Assembly (NCBI RefSeq): GCF_001194135.2
Contig: NC_068982.1
Coordinates: 141,188,697-141,240,248 of the forward strand
Direction: 5' to 3'
DNA from: Octopus bimaculoides
Taxonomy: Eukaryota
DNA length: 51,552 bases
Part shown: positions 12,295 through 25,505 of the stretch, in pieces
Position numbering within the stretch: the stretch's first letter is position 1
Layout: each line of letters begins with the position of its first letter
The notes under the pieces: model-generated
Databases searched by the model: none
Told to the model about the DNA's origin: nothing
The model's input: the letters and a program-made list of their open reading frames with translations, nothing else
Position numbers and translations under genes: made by a program

Positions 12295-12550
12295 CGTTAG
12301 GTCATGAGTCCGACACCTGACTGTGCATCTTGTCTTTGGGCAAGAACAGTTGCTCCAGTACACTCATCTGACAAACGTATGTTGAACCTTGTCATATTCT
12401 GTGTCACGTTGAATCTCCTTTAGGGCTGCGTCAGGGCTATACATGACGGCTGAGTGTTCAGTCACTTGCACGTTAATTTCAGGAGCAGTCTGTTCTTTTG
12501 ATCAGATCAACCGGAACCCTTGTCGTTGTAATCGACGCAGTGCCAAATAA
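12295..12550 (+). mobile_element. SINE family C
   Basis: Homologous to 6765-7016, ending in GGAACCCTTGTCGTTGTAATCGACGCAGTGCCAAA. Confidence 0.75.
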
Positions 12551-13104
12551 GGATGGTTCACAAGAGATCTTGTGTTGCTATATTAATATTTATAACATGG
12601 CGATTGTTTTAATTATGCCAAGGAAGTTTACCTTACGGATGGCATTGCATAATCCTTTAGTAACAAATATATTTCACAATGGAAAGTTTGAAATATAAGA
12701 TCCTTTAGGCCTCTGTCGATCATCAATGTAATGACCGCCACAAGTGTATGCCATAAGCGATGTTGTTTAGCTTAGTTTTAAGGAGAGGGTTATACATTTA
12801 GTCATCTTCTTTACTGTAGTCTTACGCTTTCGTTCATTGCAAAGTCATAAGGTAATAATGTATGTATTTACGCATATTTATGTCTCTTTTTTCTCCTTTC
12901 CTTTTCCTTTGAGAGCATCTTCCGATTGCATCCATTCTACGTCACCGTATTTAAGGCATTATTCGAATGAATCAATCCCAGTATTTATGTTTTAAAATGT
13001 GGCACACCTACTATCTAGCACGTTTGCTTGATGCGAGCACATAAGCAAAGGAACACCGTTTGTTAAGCGGTGATGATGGACACGAGAACGGAAATGAACG
13101 TACG

Positions 13105-13148
<44 letters not shown>

Positions 13149-14154
13149 NNNNNNNNNNNNNNNNNNNNNNNNNNNNNNNNNNNNNNNNNNNNNNNNNNNN
13201 NNNNNNNNNNNNNNNNNNNNNNNNNNNNNNNNNNNNNNNNNNNNNNNNNNNNNNNNNNNNNNNNNNNNNNNNNNNNNNNNNNNNNNNNNNNNNNNNNNNN
13301 NNNNNNNNNNNNNNNNNNNNNNNNNNNNNNNNNNNNNNNNNNNNNNNNNNNNNNNNNNNNNNNNNNNNNNNNNNNNNNNNNNNNNNNNNNNNNNNNNNNN
13401 NNNNNNNNNNNNNNNNNNNNNNNNNNNNNNNNNNNNNNNNNNNNNNNNNNNNNNNNNNNNNNNNNNNNNNNNNNNNNNNNNNNNNNNNNNNATATATATA
13501 TATATACATATATATGACATTATGCGTGTGTATACCATCAGTATTAGAGTTGCATCTAGTAGGAGAAATAAGGTATGTATTCGACTACGTATGTATTGAA
13601 AGACTCGCAAATAGATAATTAAAAGTCGACAAAATAAAGTAGTGAGACAGAAAAATTGAAGGAGTCGGTTACATACGGAATAAAGTTTCGAAAGTTACTA
13701 CATCCCTGTTATCATGTGAAGTAGGCAGGAATTATGTGATAGTTTCAAGCGTAAATTAACATTTTTTATCCCATATCAACACCAACTTTTGCTTCTGTTC
13801 AAAATGACATGTTGGTACAAAGCAGGTACATCAGAATAATATAGAATACTGTATGCTTAAATACATACGTTCATACATGCATACATACACACATACATAT
13901 ATATGTGTGTGTAAGTGTGTGCATGCTTGTATGTATGTATATATATGTAAATATATGAATATGTGTACGTGCGTTTGCGAGTGTGTGCGCATGTATGTAT
14001 TCATGTCATCCACTAACAACACACGTGTATGGTCTTTTTTAGAGAATGCCATCACTTCTAGAGACTGCATCTATGTTGAGAATATATTTCTCCATGCATG
14101 TACATGCATATCTGTGCCTCCATTGTAATGTGAATAAGAAAGTTTTGACTCCAG

Positions 14155-14490
14155 CGCATATCACATGTTCAAAATATTTTATTTTATCTTATTTTTTTTT
14201 TTTTTTACTCAGATGATACANNNNNNNNNNNNNNNNNNNNNNNNNNNNNNNNNNNNNNNNNNNNNNNNNNNNNNNNNNNNNNNNNNNNNNNNNNNNNNNN
14301 NNNNNNNNNNNNNNNNNNNNNNNNNNNNNNNNNNNNNNNNNNNNNNNNNNNNNNNNNNNNNNNNNNNNNNNNNNNNNNNNNNNNNNNNNNNNNNNNNNNN
14401 NNNNNNNNNNNNNNNNNNNNNNNNCGCATATCACATGTTCAAAATATTTTATTTTATCTTATTTTTTTTTTTTTTTACTCAGATGATACA
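14155..14490. other. Assembly artefact: identical 66-bp sequence on both sides of a gap
   Basis: 14155-14220 equals 14425-14490 exactly and flanks the N run at 14221-14424. Confidence 0.85.
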
Positions 14491-16008
14491 TTTGCTTAAA
14501 AACGGTTTATCAAGTTCCTTCGTGTGACAAGATGACAGAAACAAAACCGTAAGAAAGGAAGGTTTTCCATTCGAAAGTTGCCAACATGTTAGATTATATT
14601 TCCTTTTAACAAGAGCCTCTCCTCTTTATTTCTCTCAGCAGGAATATCTTAACATAATGCTTACTTTTACTTGAAGCCACATCACAGATTTATTTCATCG
14701 GTTTTGAACAAAACATGCATATTTACGTGCTACACACAGGAAGCATATCAGCTATCAATGATCTGTGACTAAAATTGAGAACGCATCTATTTTACATGTG
14801 TATATATCATGTACAGAAAGAGAATGTTATGATAGTTATTCATTTCTGTGATATCTTCAAGAAGGTTCTCGTTTCTATCGAGGACAGAGATTTAGTTAAC
14901 GGTAAAGAACAACTTCGTAGATTTGGCTTCATACAGAGTAAACTTCCGTAATTAAAGTAATCATAAAACCGGTTTAAAGTATGCTCTCTTAAATTTACGC
15001 TAAAATTTCCCCAAGAGAAGTTACAGCTGATACAACACAGAACGATTGACAATACTTAACCAACTTCAGGACAAAATGCTCATACATTATTTCTCGATAT
15101 CCTTTTATGAATGTCAAAAGATATGTTTCTCGACAAATTTGTTGCTGGTTTGAGCAACAAACTTAGAAGATTTGCGTATTTATTTTAACGGTAACGAGTG
15201 ATATAATATGATAAATATTGTGCTAAAAATTCAAACCTTTTCCACCTGGTCTGAAATATTTTGTCACAGTTAGTATCGCTGTACCATAATTCATTCTGAT
15301 ATTCTTATATTCGATATACTTACATTAATTCATAGCAATATTTGTTCGTATTTGTGCGAAGCGGAATGGCAAAAGATTACGCTACGACATTGTGAGAGGA
15401 ATCTTTATCTGAATTAATTTTCGACATCGCTAGACTAATCGACAAGTACAGTTCGATGGGAAATGATATATGGTGGGTAGAAATTTAATATTCGTATTAT
15501 GTAATAAACACTTACGAGAAATTACTATTGAATTTCAAAGGTCTTCTAAAATGCAGCTCGTACGTCTCGTACATAGTGGTGTTTGTGACGTAAGGTAGTG
15601 AATGATATGAATCGATGTTCCCCTTCATTATAAATCAGCAGGCGTTATAAAACATTCATAGATGTTTTGTTCCTTTTTACTTTATTTAGTTTCATTTGTA
15701 TGTATTTAGAGAGGGAAACTGAAAGAGGCCCCTTGCACACGCACACACACACATACACACACACACACACATATCCATACACACAAACATACATACACAT
15801 ATCCATACACACNNNNNNNNNNNNNNNNNNNNNNNNNNNNNNNNNNNNNNNNNNNNNNNNNNNNNNNNNNNNNNNNNNNNNNNNNNNNNNNNNNNNNNNN
15901 NNNNNNNNNNNNNNNNNNNNNNNNNNNNNNNNNNNNNNNNNNNNNNNNNNNNNNNNNNNNNNNNNNNNNNNNNNNNNNNNNNNNNNNNNNNNNNNNNNNN
16001 NNNNNNNN

Positions 16009-16113
16009 TCAAGAACTCATCGATGAAAATCCACTATCACATATAGAAAAATTAATAATTAAAAGCACAATTTGTCTATATGTGATAGTGGATTTTCATC
16101 GATGAGTTCTTGA
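16009..16113. repeat. Perfect 39-bp inverted repeat (long hairpin)
   Basis: 16009-16047 is the exact reverse complement of 16075-16113; the spacer is 27 nt. Confidence 0.95.
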
Positions 16114-17084
16114 AAATTGGTTATTTTCCCTAAAACTATATATTTTATATATATATTTATGTATGTTTGTATGTATGCGTTATGCCTCAAGCTACTGTTA
16201 TCTAGCACCTTCGGATGATCTCTACTCAACCGCTACACGACGGCTACTCAACTCCTCTACCACGGCTAGACTACGTCTATTTATATGTCTTGGACGATCC
16301 TACTACTTCGCTTGGGGGCGTCGATACAACAGTATGTATGTATGTATGTATGTATGTATTGGATAATAAAACGAATGGTTTACATCTGGTAGCTTACTGG
16401 TGAAGCATGGTCACTTTCACAGTGATCGTTATGTATATGGCAAATGAAAGACGTAAGATGTAATATACGAGAATTTATTAAACACAACAATTGTTTCAAC
16501 ACTCAAACAACTGGTTTTGGAGCATCCATCGGAGTAAATGAATCTCGTTGGGTGATAAATAGATACAACTCGCTGTGTAACTTCTCGTTTTGAGAAACAA
16601 AAGCAGCCAGACGATGGAAATGCCTTCATTTATATTACAGCTCAAAAGTAAAATCACATATGGCAAAAAGAGGAACAAACAGCAATCTATCGGAAACAAT
16701 ATTAAGAATAACCTTTAACAGATATGGATATATCAACGCCCTCGGATAAGCTGCATGGAGCGAGTACACTCGCTCATACAAGCATCCGCAAAAATGTGAT
16801 CATACGCACACGTGAGGTTTGGTGCACTCGTGATCACAAAATGAGTCAGCTATCTTCTTGGTGTTTGTAAGCTAACTAGTGTTTGTAAGCGATTAGTCGA
16901 GAGAGGTCACGCAGTATAGCGGTTTGATGTTACTATTTCAGCAACGACTATTAGTTGTAAATTACCACATGCTGAGCAGGATATATTCTCGATACCCTCA
17001 ACTGTGACATCAGAAGGGCCACAAGGTTGATTCAATGGACCTCTAACACAGCTGGCTGTAATAGATTTGTTCAGCGATATCGAG

Positions 17085-17790
17085 AATATCGAGCTTTGAA
17101 ATTCACCCAGTTCGACATTGTGGATTGCTACCCTTTCATATTTAAGCCCCTCCTTCTAAAGGCCTTAGCTTTTGCTCGACAATTCACCAGCATTAGCGAT
17201 CTTGTTTTCAGAATTATCAGAATGCCAGAAAGTCCAGTCTCGTCCATGATGATTCCTGTTGGGTGAAGTAAATGCGACCCATTGCTTAATGTTTCTATCG
17301 GGTGCTTTGACAAGGCTGAAATCACCAACCGCGTTGGGTTATACATCTTGAATATCCTCAAGAGACATATCCATCCACAGAGGTCGGCCTTCTATAGAGA
17401 GGATGGCCTGGCTATTTCAAGCCATATGAATAATCACTCCGTGGACATTATGAGGAGGACTTGATAAACATATTCAAAAATTTGGCCCTATCCATAACGG
17501 TTACTACCAAACTGACAATAGTCGATTTCTTGGATGTAACCTTATACCTGAAGAAGAGCAAATACCACCCATACAGGAAGCCCAATGAATAAATGGTATA
17601 CGTCCAATAGAGCTCACCGCACCCCGATGAAATTTAAATCCTTATTTCAGGCAATAGCAAACAGCTTTCTAAACTCTCAGTCAACAAGGAGATCTATAAT
17701 ACGGATTCTCACCACATCAACGATGCTTTGGCTACGAGCGGATTTTCTTAGCAACTCACGCATGTGGACGATCCCTAAACCCCCCTCTCC
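17085..17790 (+). pseudogene. Penelope-like element reverse transcriptase fragment
   Basis: FDIVDCYP..LLLKALAFA..; GCFDKAEITNRVGLYIL; YREDGLAI (catalytic DD changed to ED, 17393-17407); VDFLDVTL.LKKSKYHPYRKPN; multiple stops and frameshifts. Confidence 0.9.
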
Positions 17791-19094
17791 TTAACCCTAG
17801 AGAATCAAGATAATCAACCTACACTTCCAAAATCATACCGCCTTACCTCTAGAAGTTTACCATTTGCAAGTTAATTTAGTATGATATTCATTAAAAATAT
17901 TTCAATTATTCTCATTCACCATCTGCAATATATTAAGTAAATATGATGCATATATAAGAAAATATAATTCTGAACTTGTATGAAAAAGGAATATTTAGAA
18001 TTATTTCAACGCTGGTCGTATGAGAATTCTCAAATTTGTGGCTCGAAGAAGTTTAAAGAATAACAGTAATATATCCATAAAAAAAAAAAAAATTCGCGCT
18101 TGCACAATAAATAAATAAATAAACAAATGTTTCGATAGAAATTTTAAGACATTCTAGAATTTATAGAATACACATATTCTTTTTTTTTCATTATTCATGC
18201 ATGTGTATATTGATATTTTCTGAACATGCTTTTGGGAATTTTCAATTTTTGTCCAATCTCAAGTATGTTGTAGAAAATAATATTCTCAAACTGATTACCC
18301 AAAACATTCTGCATCTTTTACAACGTGTTATTTTCAAAGCTTCTCATATGCCAAATAGATTTCTATATCCACCAGACGACAGCATAACTCCCAGCAATGA
18401 CTCACTTACGATCTTATCTATATTGAAGGAGATGTAAAAAGGATGCATCATACAATTCGTTCGTTATATATAGAAATAATTTGTACATTTCCTTCAAAAG
18501 CATGTGCATAAGTCTGAGAAATTAAGAGCATAAGGGACAACGTCGTTTTGGAATCCATGTGCTTTATAAGCCTATGTAATCGTCTTGGCTGGAAAGATAT
18601 ACTAACCATATGCCTTTTGATGAAGATTATCAGGAGCTTGGATAAAAGTGACGAGCATGAATCTTTCATATCAAATAAATCGCCAATAATGAGCTTATAA
18701 AAATCATTCTATGAAGCATATGTATCTTTAGGAATCTTATAGAATGGAACTTCATATAAAAAAAAATAAAATAAAATTCAGAGAACATGGAGAATATAAA
18801 TCATATAAAGACATTTAGAAATGAGCATTTTATTTATTATCTCATACGTGGGAACGTTCTGAGTGAAAGACATAACGCATTGATAGTATGGGAATAATGA
18901 AAACTACGCTGGGCGCCATTTGCATGGATGATTAATATTCTTCATAAGCATGACTTACGAAGAAAAAAATTAATTATTTGAAAATGAACATGAATTACGG
19001 TGAAGAATATAATTCTAAGAATTACATTAATCTGATGTTAGCAAAATCGGAAGAAAAGTGTGTGTGATTTTGTCGTATTTGTTTTGCAAAATGC

Positions 19095-19170
19095 TTAGTG
19101 GTATTACGCCTGCCGTTACACGCTGAGTTCAAACTCCGCCGAGGTTGAATTTCCCCATTTCGTTTGTTTG
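19095..19170 (+). mobile_element. SINE family B head
   Basis: CTGAGTTCAAACTCCGCCGAGGTTGAATTTCC B-box region. Confidence 0.6.
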
Positions 19171-20063
19171 TTTATGTTACGTCATTCTTTTTGTTTCCAT
19201 TATGTTTATTTTGCGACATCTATTTCCAATTTTCTGGCATGCTGTTGGCTAAATTAATGACAACATAAGTACATGAACGGTTCTAACAATACAGTCAATG
19301 CCACAGAATATAGTTTTTTTCTGTCTACTGATAATCCGATAAATTATTACCGTGACAAAAATTATTTTCATTGTACTTCTAACGTTATTTAAATTCGTTT
19401 ATAGCTGAAAGTATAGGAGGTGTTTATGTTGATTAATGTTCATTGAATGTATCAAACGCATCATACACTCTTAATTGATCTGGTCAATGTGACTTGAGTG
19501 GTATTTTACAACTTCCCTCTTGGCGAGTCTCATAAAGTTTCTCTTTAGAATCGTTACTGGATCGCTTTTTTAGTACAATTTTGAAAACGACCAATGTCGG
19601 CAGAGGAATTATTTTTGTGATAGAGTTGCATTGGAAGAGAAAAGTTGTGAGAGACTGACAATCGAATTGAGCTAAGCGAATTGGCGAACGGTAAGCGAGA
19701 ATAACATTTTTCGCTGAGATGACACCTTCGAAAATACAAATACACGCAATTAAAATTTACAACAGCCACATCAACAACTACCAAGCCAGGATCAGCAATT
19801 ATAACCATACCAGCAACAGCAACAATAATCAAAAGATCAACAAGAAACTTTGAAGTACAAAATATTGGGAGCAACAGGAACTGTACTCTAATGGAAGAGA
19901 AACCTAAACCATACAAATGTAAAGTTCGTAAACAACGAAGACAGCAACGACAATAATGATGATGTCGCTGTGATATCACCAACAGAAACAACAAACGCTG
20001 CAATAACCTCTGAGGTATTTGTGGAGATGATGTACCGTCTTGCCGAAGCCGACCGAATATTTT

Positions 20064-20308
20064 TTACTCTTTTACTCTTTTACTTGTTTCAGTTGTTTGA
20101 CTGTGGCCATGCTAGACCACCGCGTTTAGTCGAGCAAATCGACCCCAGGACTTATTTTTTGTAAGCCTAGTACTTACTCTATCGGTCACGTTTGCCTAAC
20201 CGCTCAGTTACGGGGACATAAGCACTCCAGCATCGGCTGTCAAGCGATGTTGAGGGAACAAACACAGACACACAAACATACACACACAAACACACACACA
20301 CACACACG

Positions 20309-20351
<43 letters not shown>

Positions 20352-20361
20352 NNNNNNNNNN

Positions 20362-20417
<56 letters not shown>

Positions 20418-20560
20418 ACATATATACGACAGGCTTCTTTCAGTTTCCATCTACCAAATCCACTCACAAGGCTTTGGTTGGCCCGAGGCTATAGTAGAAG
20501 ACACTTGTCCAAGGTGCCACGCAGTGGAACTGAACCCGGAATTTGTGGTTGGTAAGCAAC
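20064..20560 (-). mobile_element. Composite SINE family A, near full length
   Basis: Same modules as 11368-11783; the internal CA/TA/TG microsatellite is expanded and contains a gap. Confidence 0.9.
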
Positions 20561-20999
20561 CACGATAGCTACGAAAAAATCTATCGCATCAAATGTGACC
20601 TCTGTTTTACTACCGGTCAAAATATAAGCAATTTTTAAAGGAAATGTGCTGCAACAATAAAAAATTGCAAATACGAATGAAATCAGACATATACAACTGT
20701 AGGAATTAAAGCGAATTTCTATGGTTTTACAATGGTAATGGAAATGAAACTTGTTGGATTGCCATCGGAAGCTATTGAAGAAAAAGAAAAATAGATGTGT
20801 AGGAACCGAGAGATTCGTTAAGATAAAACCTCTGAAAATCGATTTGATTACTCATGCACAGGCAGAAAAAAAACGTTACTGGATCTTGTATTGAAAATAA
20901 GAAAGCATGCATGGATTCTGGGACAGAAACTGGTTGTTTGCTACATGCATTTGTCCACAACGTTTTTTTTTATTTTATCTTTTATGACAGAGCTACAAA

Positions 21000-21610
21000 G
21001 CTGGCTCCACCGAATATCATGGCATTTGTTCACTGTGAAGGGACTGTAGGAAATTCCGCAACTGCAGTGTATAATTCCGCATCAACAGCATGGACAGAAC
21101 TATTTTCTACTAAACGGATATGAGAACAAATAATCTGGCCATTCGACGTCAATGGGATATGTCTGAATACAATCAATCGGCTTGCCTGTAGGCGATCGTC
21201 ACATCTGCTCTATCTTTAAAGAATAATCTTCTCAGTCTATTTCAGGGTCACCTCGCTTTTCATCTCGTGTCATATTCCTAGATATATTTCCTGCATAAGT
21301 CTGGATCGATCCGTACTCCAAACACTTTAACCTGTCTGACCGCCCATTATTCTGTTAAATAGAATTTTTCTGATTTTACAGTTGCTGAATCGAAGTGTTA
21401 TTGAAGATCTACCGACTTTTATGGTCGGCTGCGATTTCTGTTATTCCATCATTGTTATTTTAGATCGATGCCTATTATCACGATATGTCTAATGTCGGAC
21501 GCTATGACGATCACATTTTCCGCATATGACGTGATACATCTTCCAAACTGGACTTCAGGGTTGGGATGCACCTAAGTGTATCTAGTAGTAATGGCTCAGG
21601 AATAAGTACA
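21000..21610 (-). pseudogene. L1/Tx1-type LINE reverse transcriptase fragment
   Basis: EPLL..L..; SYAENVIVIASD (YADD changed to YAEN, 21515-21526); W...VKVFGV.IDPDL; RRLFFKDRADV, resembling R.LSLKGRA.V. Confidence 0.7.
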
Positions 21611-24137
21611 TACAAAAACTAACAATGGGAACAATCATAATGAAACGAGCCTATCTTGTTAAATGCTTTCAATAATGACTATTCACCCTTACCATCGAGT
21701 AAATGTCACTGTAAAAAGGGGCCGAAATAATTTCTTGAAAGGAATGCTACCAAACATTGGAAGTGCATCCTATTGCTTGCTCTTCAAATTTGCCACGTCC
21801 GTTTCTAATGTTCTCTACAATTTGTCGGAGAGGTTGCCGACGTGAGATTTCTTGTAGACTTTGTGTGTATGCCAATCAGGAAACAGAATAAGAATGCACA
21901 TGCCAAATTCTTGGCCAGCAGAATCGCAACATCTTAACTTGCATTTGCACAATCAGTAAGAAAAATATTTCCATGTGATCTTTCTGTAGTTCTTTCTAAA
22001 CAGTGCAATCCATCCTTATTCTCCCAGTCTCTAAAATGTGAAATATAAACGGATGTAAGTAAAATGGGAAAATATTCTTTCCCAAATTCGTTTCACATAT
22101 TGCTGTGCATTTGTATTCAAATATGTGGCTATTTTGGAATGTATATCAGTATTTATAAAGATATACATGAATATACTGTACATATATGTTTACATGCATA
22201 CACCCACACACTCATGTATATATGTGTGTGTATGTGTGTGTATGTGTGTGTGTGTGTGTGTTCTCTTTCTCTGTGTAATTTAGAGTAAATTTTAACTGGC
22301 CATCGATTGCTAGCAAGATTGCAAATGAAATTATCTTAGTTTAACTGTCATCTTTTAAGAAGGACATACATACTTTAATTATAACAGGTTTTTTGTGATC
22401 CTTTGTAGCGTATGAATTCAGGATTTGCATTCCCCTCCAAGATTTCAAGTTCTGCCTTGCTTTGTTCTAGACAAGCTGGTATATATCCTGTTTCTCCAAT
22501 ACAGTAATACGTTCTAATGAAGGCTAAGTGTTTGTTCACAGGGCCCGAAATCATATGACATAAGTACGTCTGTAACTTTTTTGCGAATTTCAATCGCTAA
22601 TGGCAAGTTAGGCTTTTCGATTTCGCTCATTTTCCTCGCATTCACCAGTGTGCATAAGTGATTATGGTGGATTATAACCGTTTTTTTACTGCTATTTCAA
22701 GCAATGCTTGTACTCTGAATGTACCCTTCCTTAGAAGTTTCAATATACTTATCAATTTATATATATATATATATAACAGAAAGAGAGAGGAGAGAGGGAA
22801 AGAAAGAGTGTTACATATATTACCAGTAGCAATTATGCATCTTTCTATACTCAGGTTTATGTATTCAAGTTACAATGGATGTGATTAAATTAGAAGTTAC
22901 TACCTCCGACAAATGGATATTACGGATATATAAGAAAATTGAATCACAGTAAGATGGACTAAGTATTTGTAACATGTTGATATATCTATCGATATTAAAG
23001 TATGGAGAAACATTTTCGATAGAGTAGAATAGAAATGGCCTGTTTGAGTTTCTATGCAAGTCATGGTGTAAACGATGGCAAATAATACAATAATAATTAA
23101 CAAAGGATGACAGCTGCGTATGTGAAAAAAATGTCTAAGAGGAAGTTTAATATATAATATTGTTTATCTTGAATGAGCAGGAAATTTTATGAGTCTATCA
23201 CTACGATGTCGCTGAATTCCAAAATGAGAGTATTGCATAGTAACAGATAATATTGATAAACACTGAGAATATCCGATATTGCAAATTCAAAATTTGTCTA
23301 TTAAAACTTAATCTATATAATATTTCTAATAAAGATATAAATATTTCACATAAGATTTTTTTCTTAAATCAAGTCGAATTATTTTCCAAATAAATACAGG
23401 ATTTAGTGGGTATATGTAATGACAATTTATATTAATATATTTAATTTATTTTACGTGATATGAGAACAAGCATTTTAAATGTAAAAACAAAATACAAATG
23501 CAAAGACCAAAGAGTGATAATTATTTCCAGAAGAATGAGTTATTTTTTATATCAAACTTCGTATAAAATACTTCTCTAAACACTAAATTAAAAAAAATAC
23601 GTGGTATGAATTATATATTTAGGAAAATAAACTTAATGAATATATTTCTTTTATATTGAACAATTATCTTTACGCTCTGTCGAACTATGCTCCAGTTTGT
23701 TGTATACTAAGCACTTCAAATCGAAACGAAATATAAATAAGATTAAATCTAAGATGGTACGATTGCTGGTAATACTTTGATAAAAAGGACCCGAAGTAAT
23801 ACAGATTACATGAAAAAGGCCTTTTTATATATTATACAAGTTTCTGTAGAACACACGTTCTTTTTCGGTTGAAACATTTTTGTCATCTAAAGTCGGTAGC
23901 AGAAGTAAGAGTTACAATCTACAAAGGTACTTATCAGGAAAATTTCAAACTGTGTCGAATGAATAAAATTTGGTTTATCCTGCGAGTTATTTGTCAGTCA
24001 TTTACAAGATATATTTACATACATCTATATATGTGTGTTAAATATATGAATGTGCACTTGTTTCGGACTACATGACCCGTATATTAGAAAAACCTATTAG
24101 AAAGCTCTGTATTGGAATATTGTACCCTGTGTACATA

Positions 24138-24568
24138 GGCGTAGGAGTGGCTGTGTGGTAAGTAGTTTGCTTACCTACCACATAGTTCCGGGTGCGTGGC
24201 ACCTTGGGCGAGTGTCTTCTACTATAGCCTCGGGCAGACCAAAGACTTGTGAGTGGATTTGGTAGACGAAACTGAAAGANNNNNNNNNNGCATACCTTGA
24301 ATATATATATATATGTATTTGTGTGTGTGTGTATGTGTGTGTGTGTGTGTGTTTGTGTGTCTGTGTTTGTCCTCCCCCCCAATATCGCTTGACAACCGAT
24401 GCTGATGTATTTACGTCCCCGTAACATAGCTGTTCGGCAAAAGAGAACGATAGAACAAGTACTAGGTCTACAAAGAATAAGTCCTGGGGTCTAGTTGCTC
24501 GGCTAAAGGTAGTGCTCCAGCATGGCCAGAGTCAAATAACTGAAACAAGTAAAAGAGTAAGAGTAAAA
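24138..24568 (+). mobile_element. Full-length composite SINE family A
   Basis: GGCGTAGGAGTGGCTGTGTGG head through the GAAACAAGTAAAAGAGTAAGAGTAAAA tail. Confidence 0.9.
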
Positions 24569-24570
24569 TA

Positions 24571-24690
24571 GTAACTATGTGGTAAGACGTTTGCTTCCTA
24601 ACCACATGTTTCCGGGTTGAGTCCTAATGCGTGGCATCTTGGGCAAGAGTCTTCTCTTATAGCCTCGGTCAACCAGGCTATATTAGAAGT
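24571..24690 (+). mobile_element. Family A SINE 5' half, in tandem after the full copy
   Basis: TGTGGTAAG..TTTGCTTCCTAACCACATG..CCGGGTTGAGTCC..GCGTGGCATCTTGGGCAAGAGTCTTC. Confidence 0.8.
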
Positions 24691-24744
24691 TCGGTCTTCG
24701 AATTTAGACATGTAGTGGGGTCTAAGCTGCATTTCCAAATGAGC

Positions 24745-24965
24745 CATCTTTCCATATCTCATAGACCGCTCCATCCGTTGCCGAATGGATGTTGTAATTG
24801 ACACCTTTATCTTTTAAAGACCATATATGACTGGATAATTTGGTCGTATTTCTTTCGTCCCAGTGCCTGAAACTCAAAATGTGATTATTGAATCTGGCCT
24901 TGAAATTACCCTCCGTGAGGCCAACGTATTCTTTCGCGGATGCTGCGTCCTTAGTGGATACAGAG
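24745..24965 (-). pseudogene. PLE GIY-YIG endonuclease fragment
   Basis: KEYVGLTEGNFKARFNNHILSFRHWDERNTTKLSSHIWS.KDKGVNYNI. Confidence 0.85.
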
Positions 24966-25186
24966 TCTATATTTTTATAATTTTTAAAAATATTTTTTTA
25001 TTTATTTTAATGTTTTTTTACATTATTATAGAGTTAATGTTTTGTATTTTTTCCACACATATTTTTCTATTTTCTCCCCCGCCCCATCACTGTTTTTTTC
25101 CTGTACGCCTATAGACACGTACAAGGAACCTTATATATGCGCGCTTGTGAGTGTACGCGTGTGTGCTGGTGCCAGCATTATAGATT

Positions 25187-25280
25187 TATGCGTGCGTATA
25201 TAGAGATATGTGCGTGCGTATATAGAGATATGTGCGTGCGTATATAGAGATATGTGCGTGCGTATATAGATATATGCGTG
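25187..25280. repeat. 22-bp minisatellite (TGTGCGTGCGTATATAGAGATA), about 4 copies
   Basis: Read directly from the sequence. Confidence 0.9.
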
Positions 25281-25367
25281 CATGCGATAATATATGCAGT
25301 TTTAGATGCGGTTTGACAGTAATTTCCCTTTGTTTTAACGGTCATTTTTCACAGGAATTTTCAATGA

Positions 25368-25435
25368 CCGGATAACTGAAGAGATGTTGGCGTGGGCTCC
25401 CACTCTGGCATCCGAAACTCGGAGTTTTATCATGG
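25368..25435 (+). ncRNA. Near-intact type I hammerhead ribozyme motif
   Basis: Helix I GATAA/TTATC; CTGAAGA 25376-25382; helix II GATGTTGG/CTGGCATC with inner GTGGG/CCCAC; one extra C; GAAA 25414-25417; helix III ACTC-G-GAGT; GTT triplet with predicted cleavage after 25426. Confidence 0.7.
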
Positions 25436-25464
25436 CTACTGAATAAGTGTCACATATTTTTTAC

Positions 25465-25505
<41 letters not shown>

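Noticed and set aside
18448-18669. Minus frame FPAK...KAHG...DVV resembling a Helitron/PIF1 helicase motif
   Set aside because: Spacing is wrong, there are stops, and no neighbouring helicase motifs.
22375-22593. 72-aa minus ORF containing CIGETG, resembling GIY-YIG YIGETG
   Set aside because: The upstream GIY/VY motif and the R..EH motif are not convincing.
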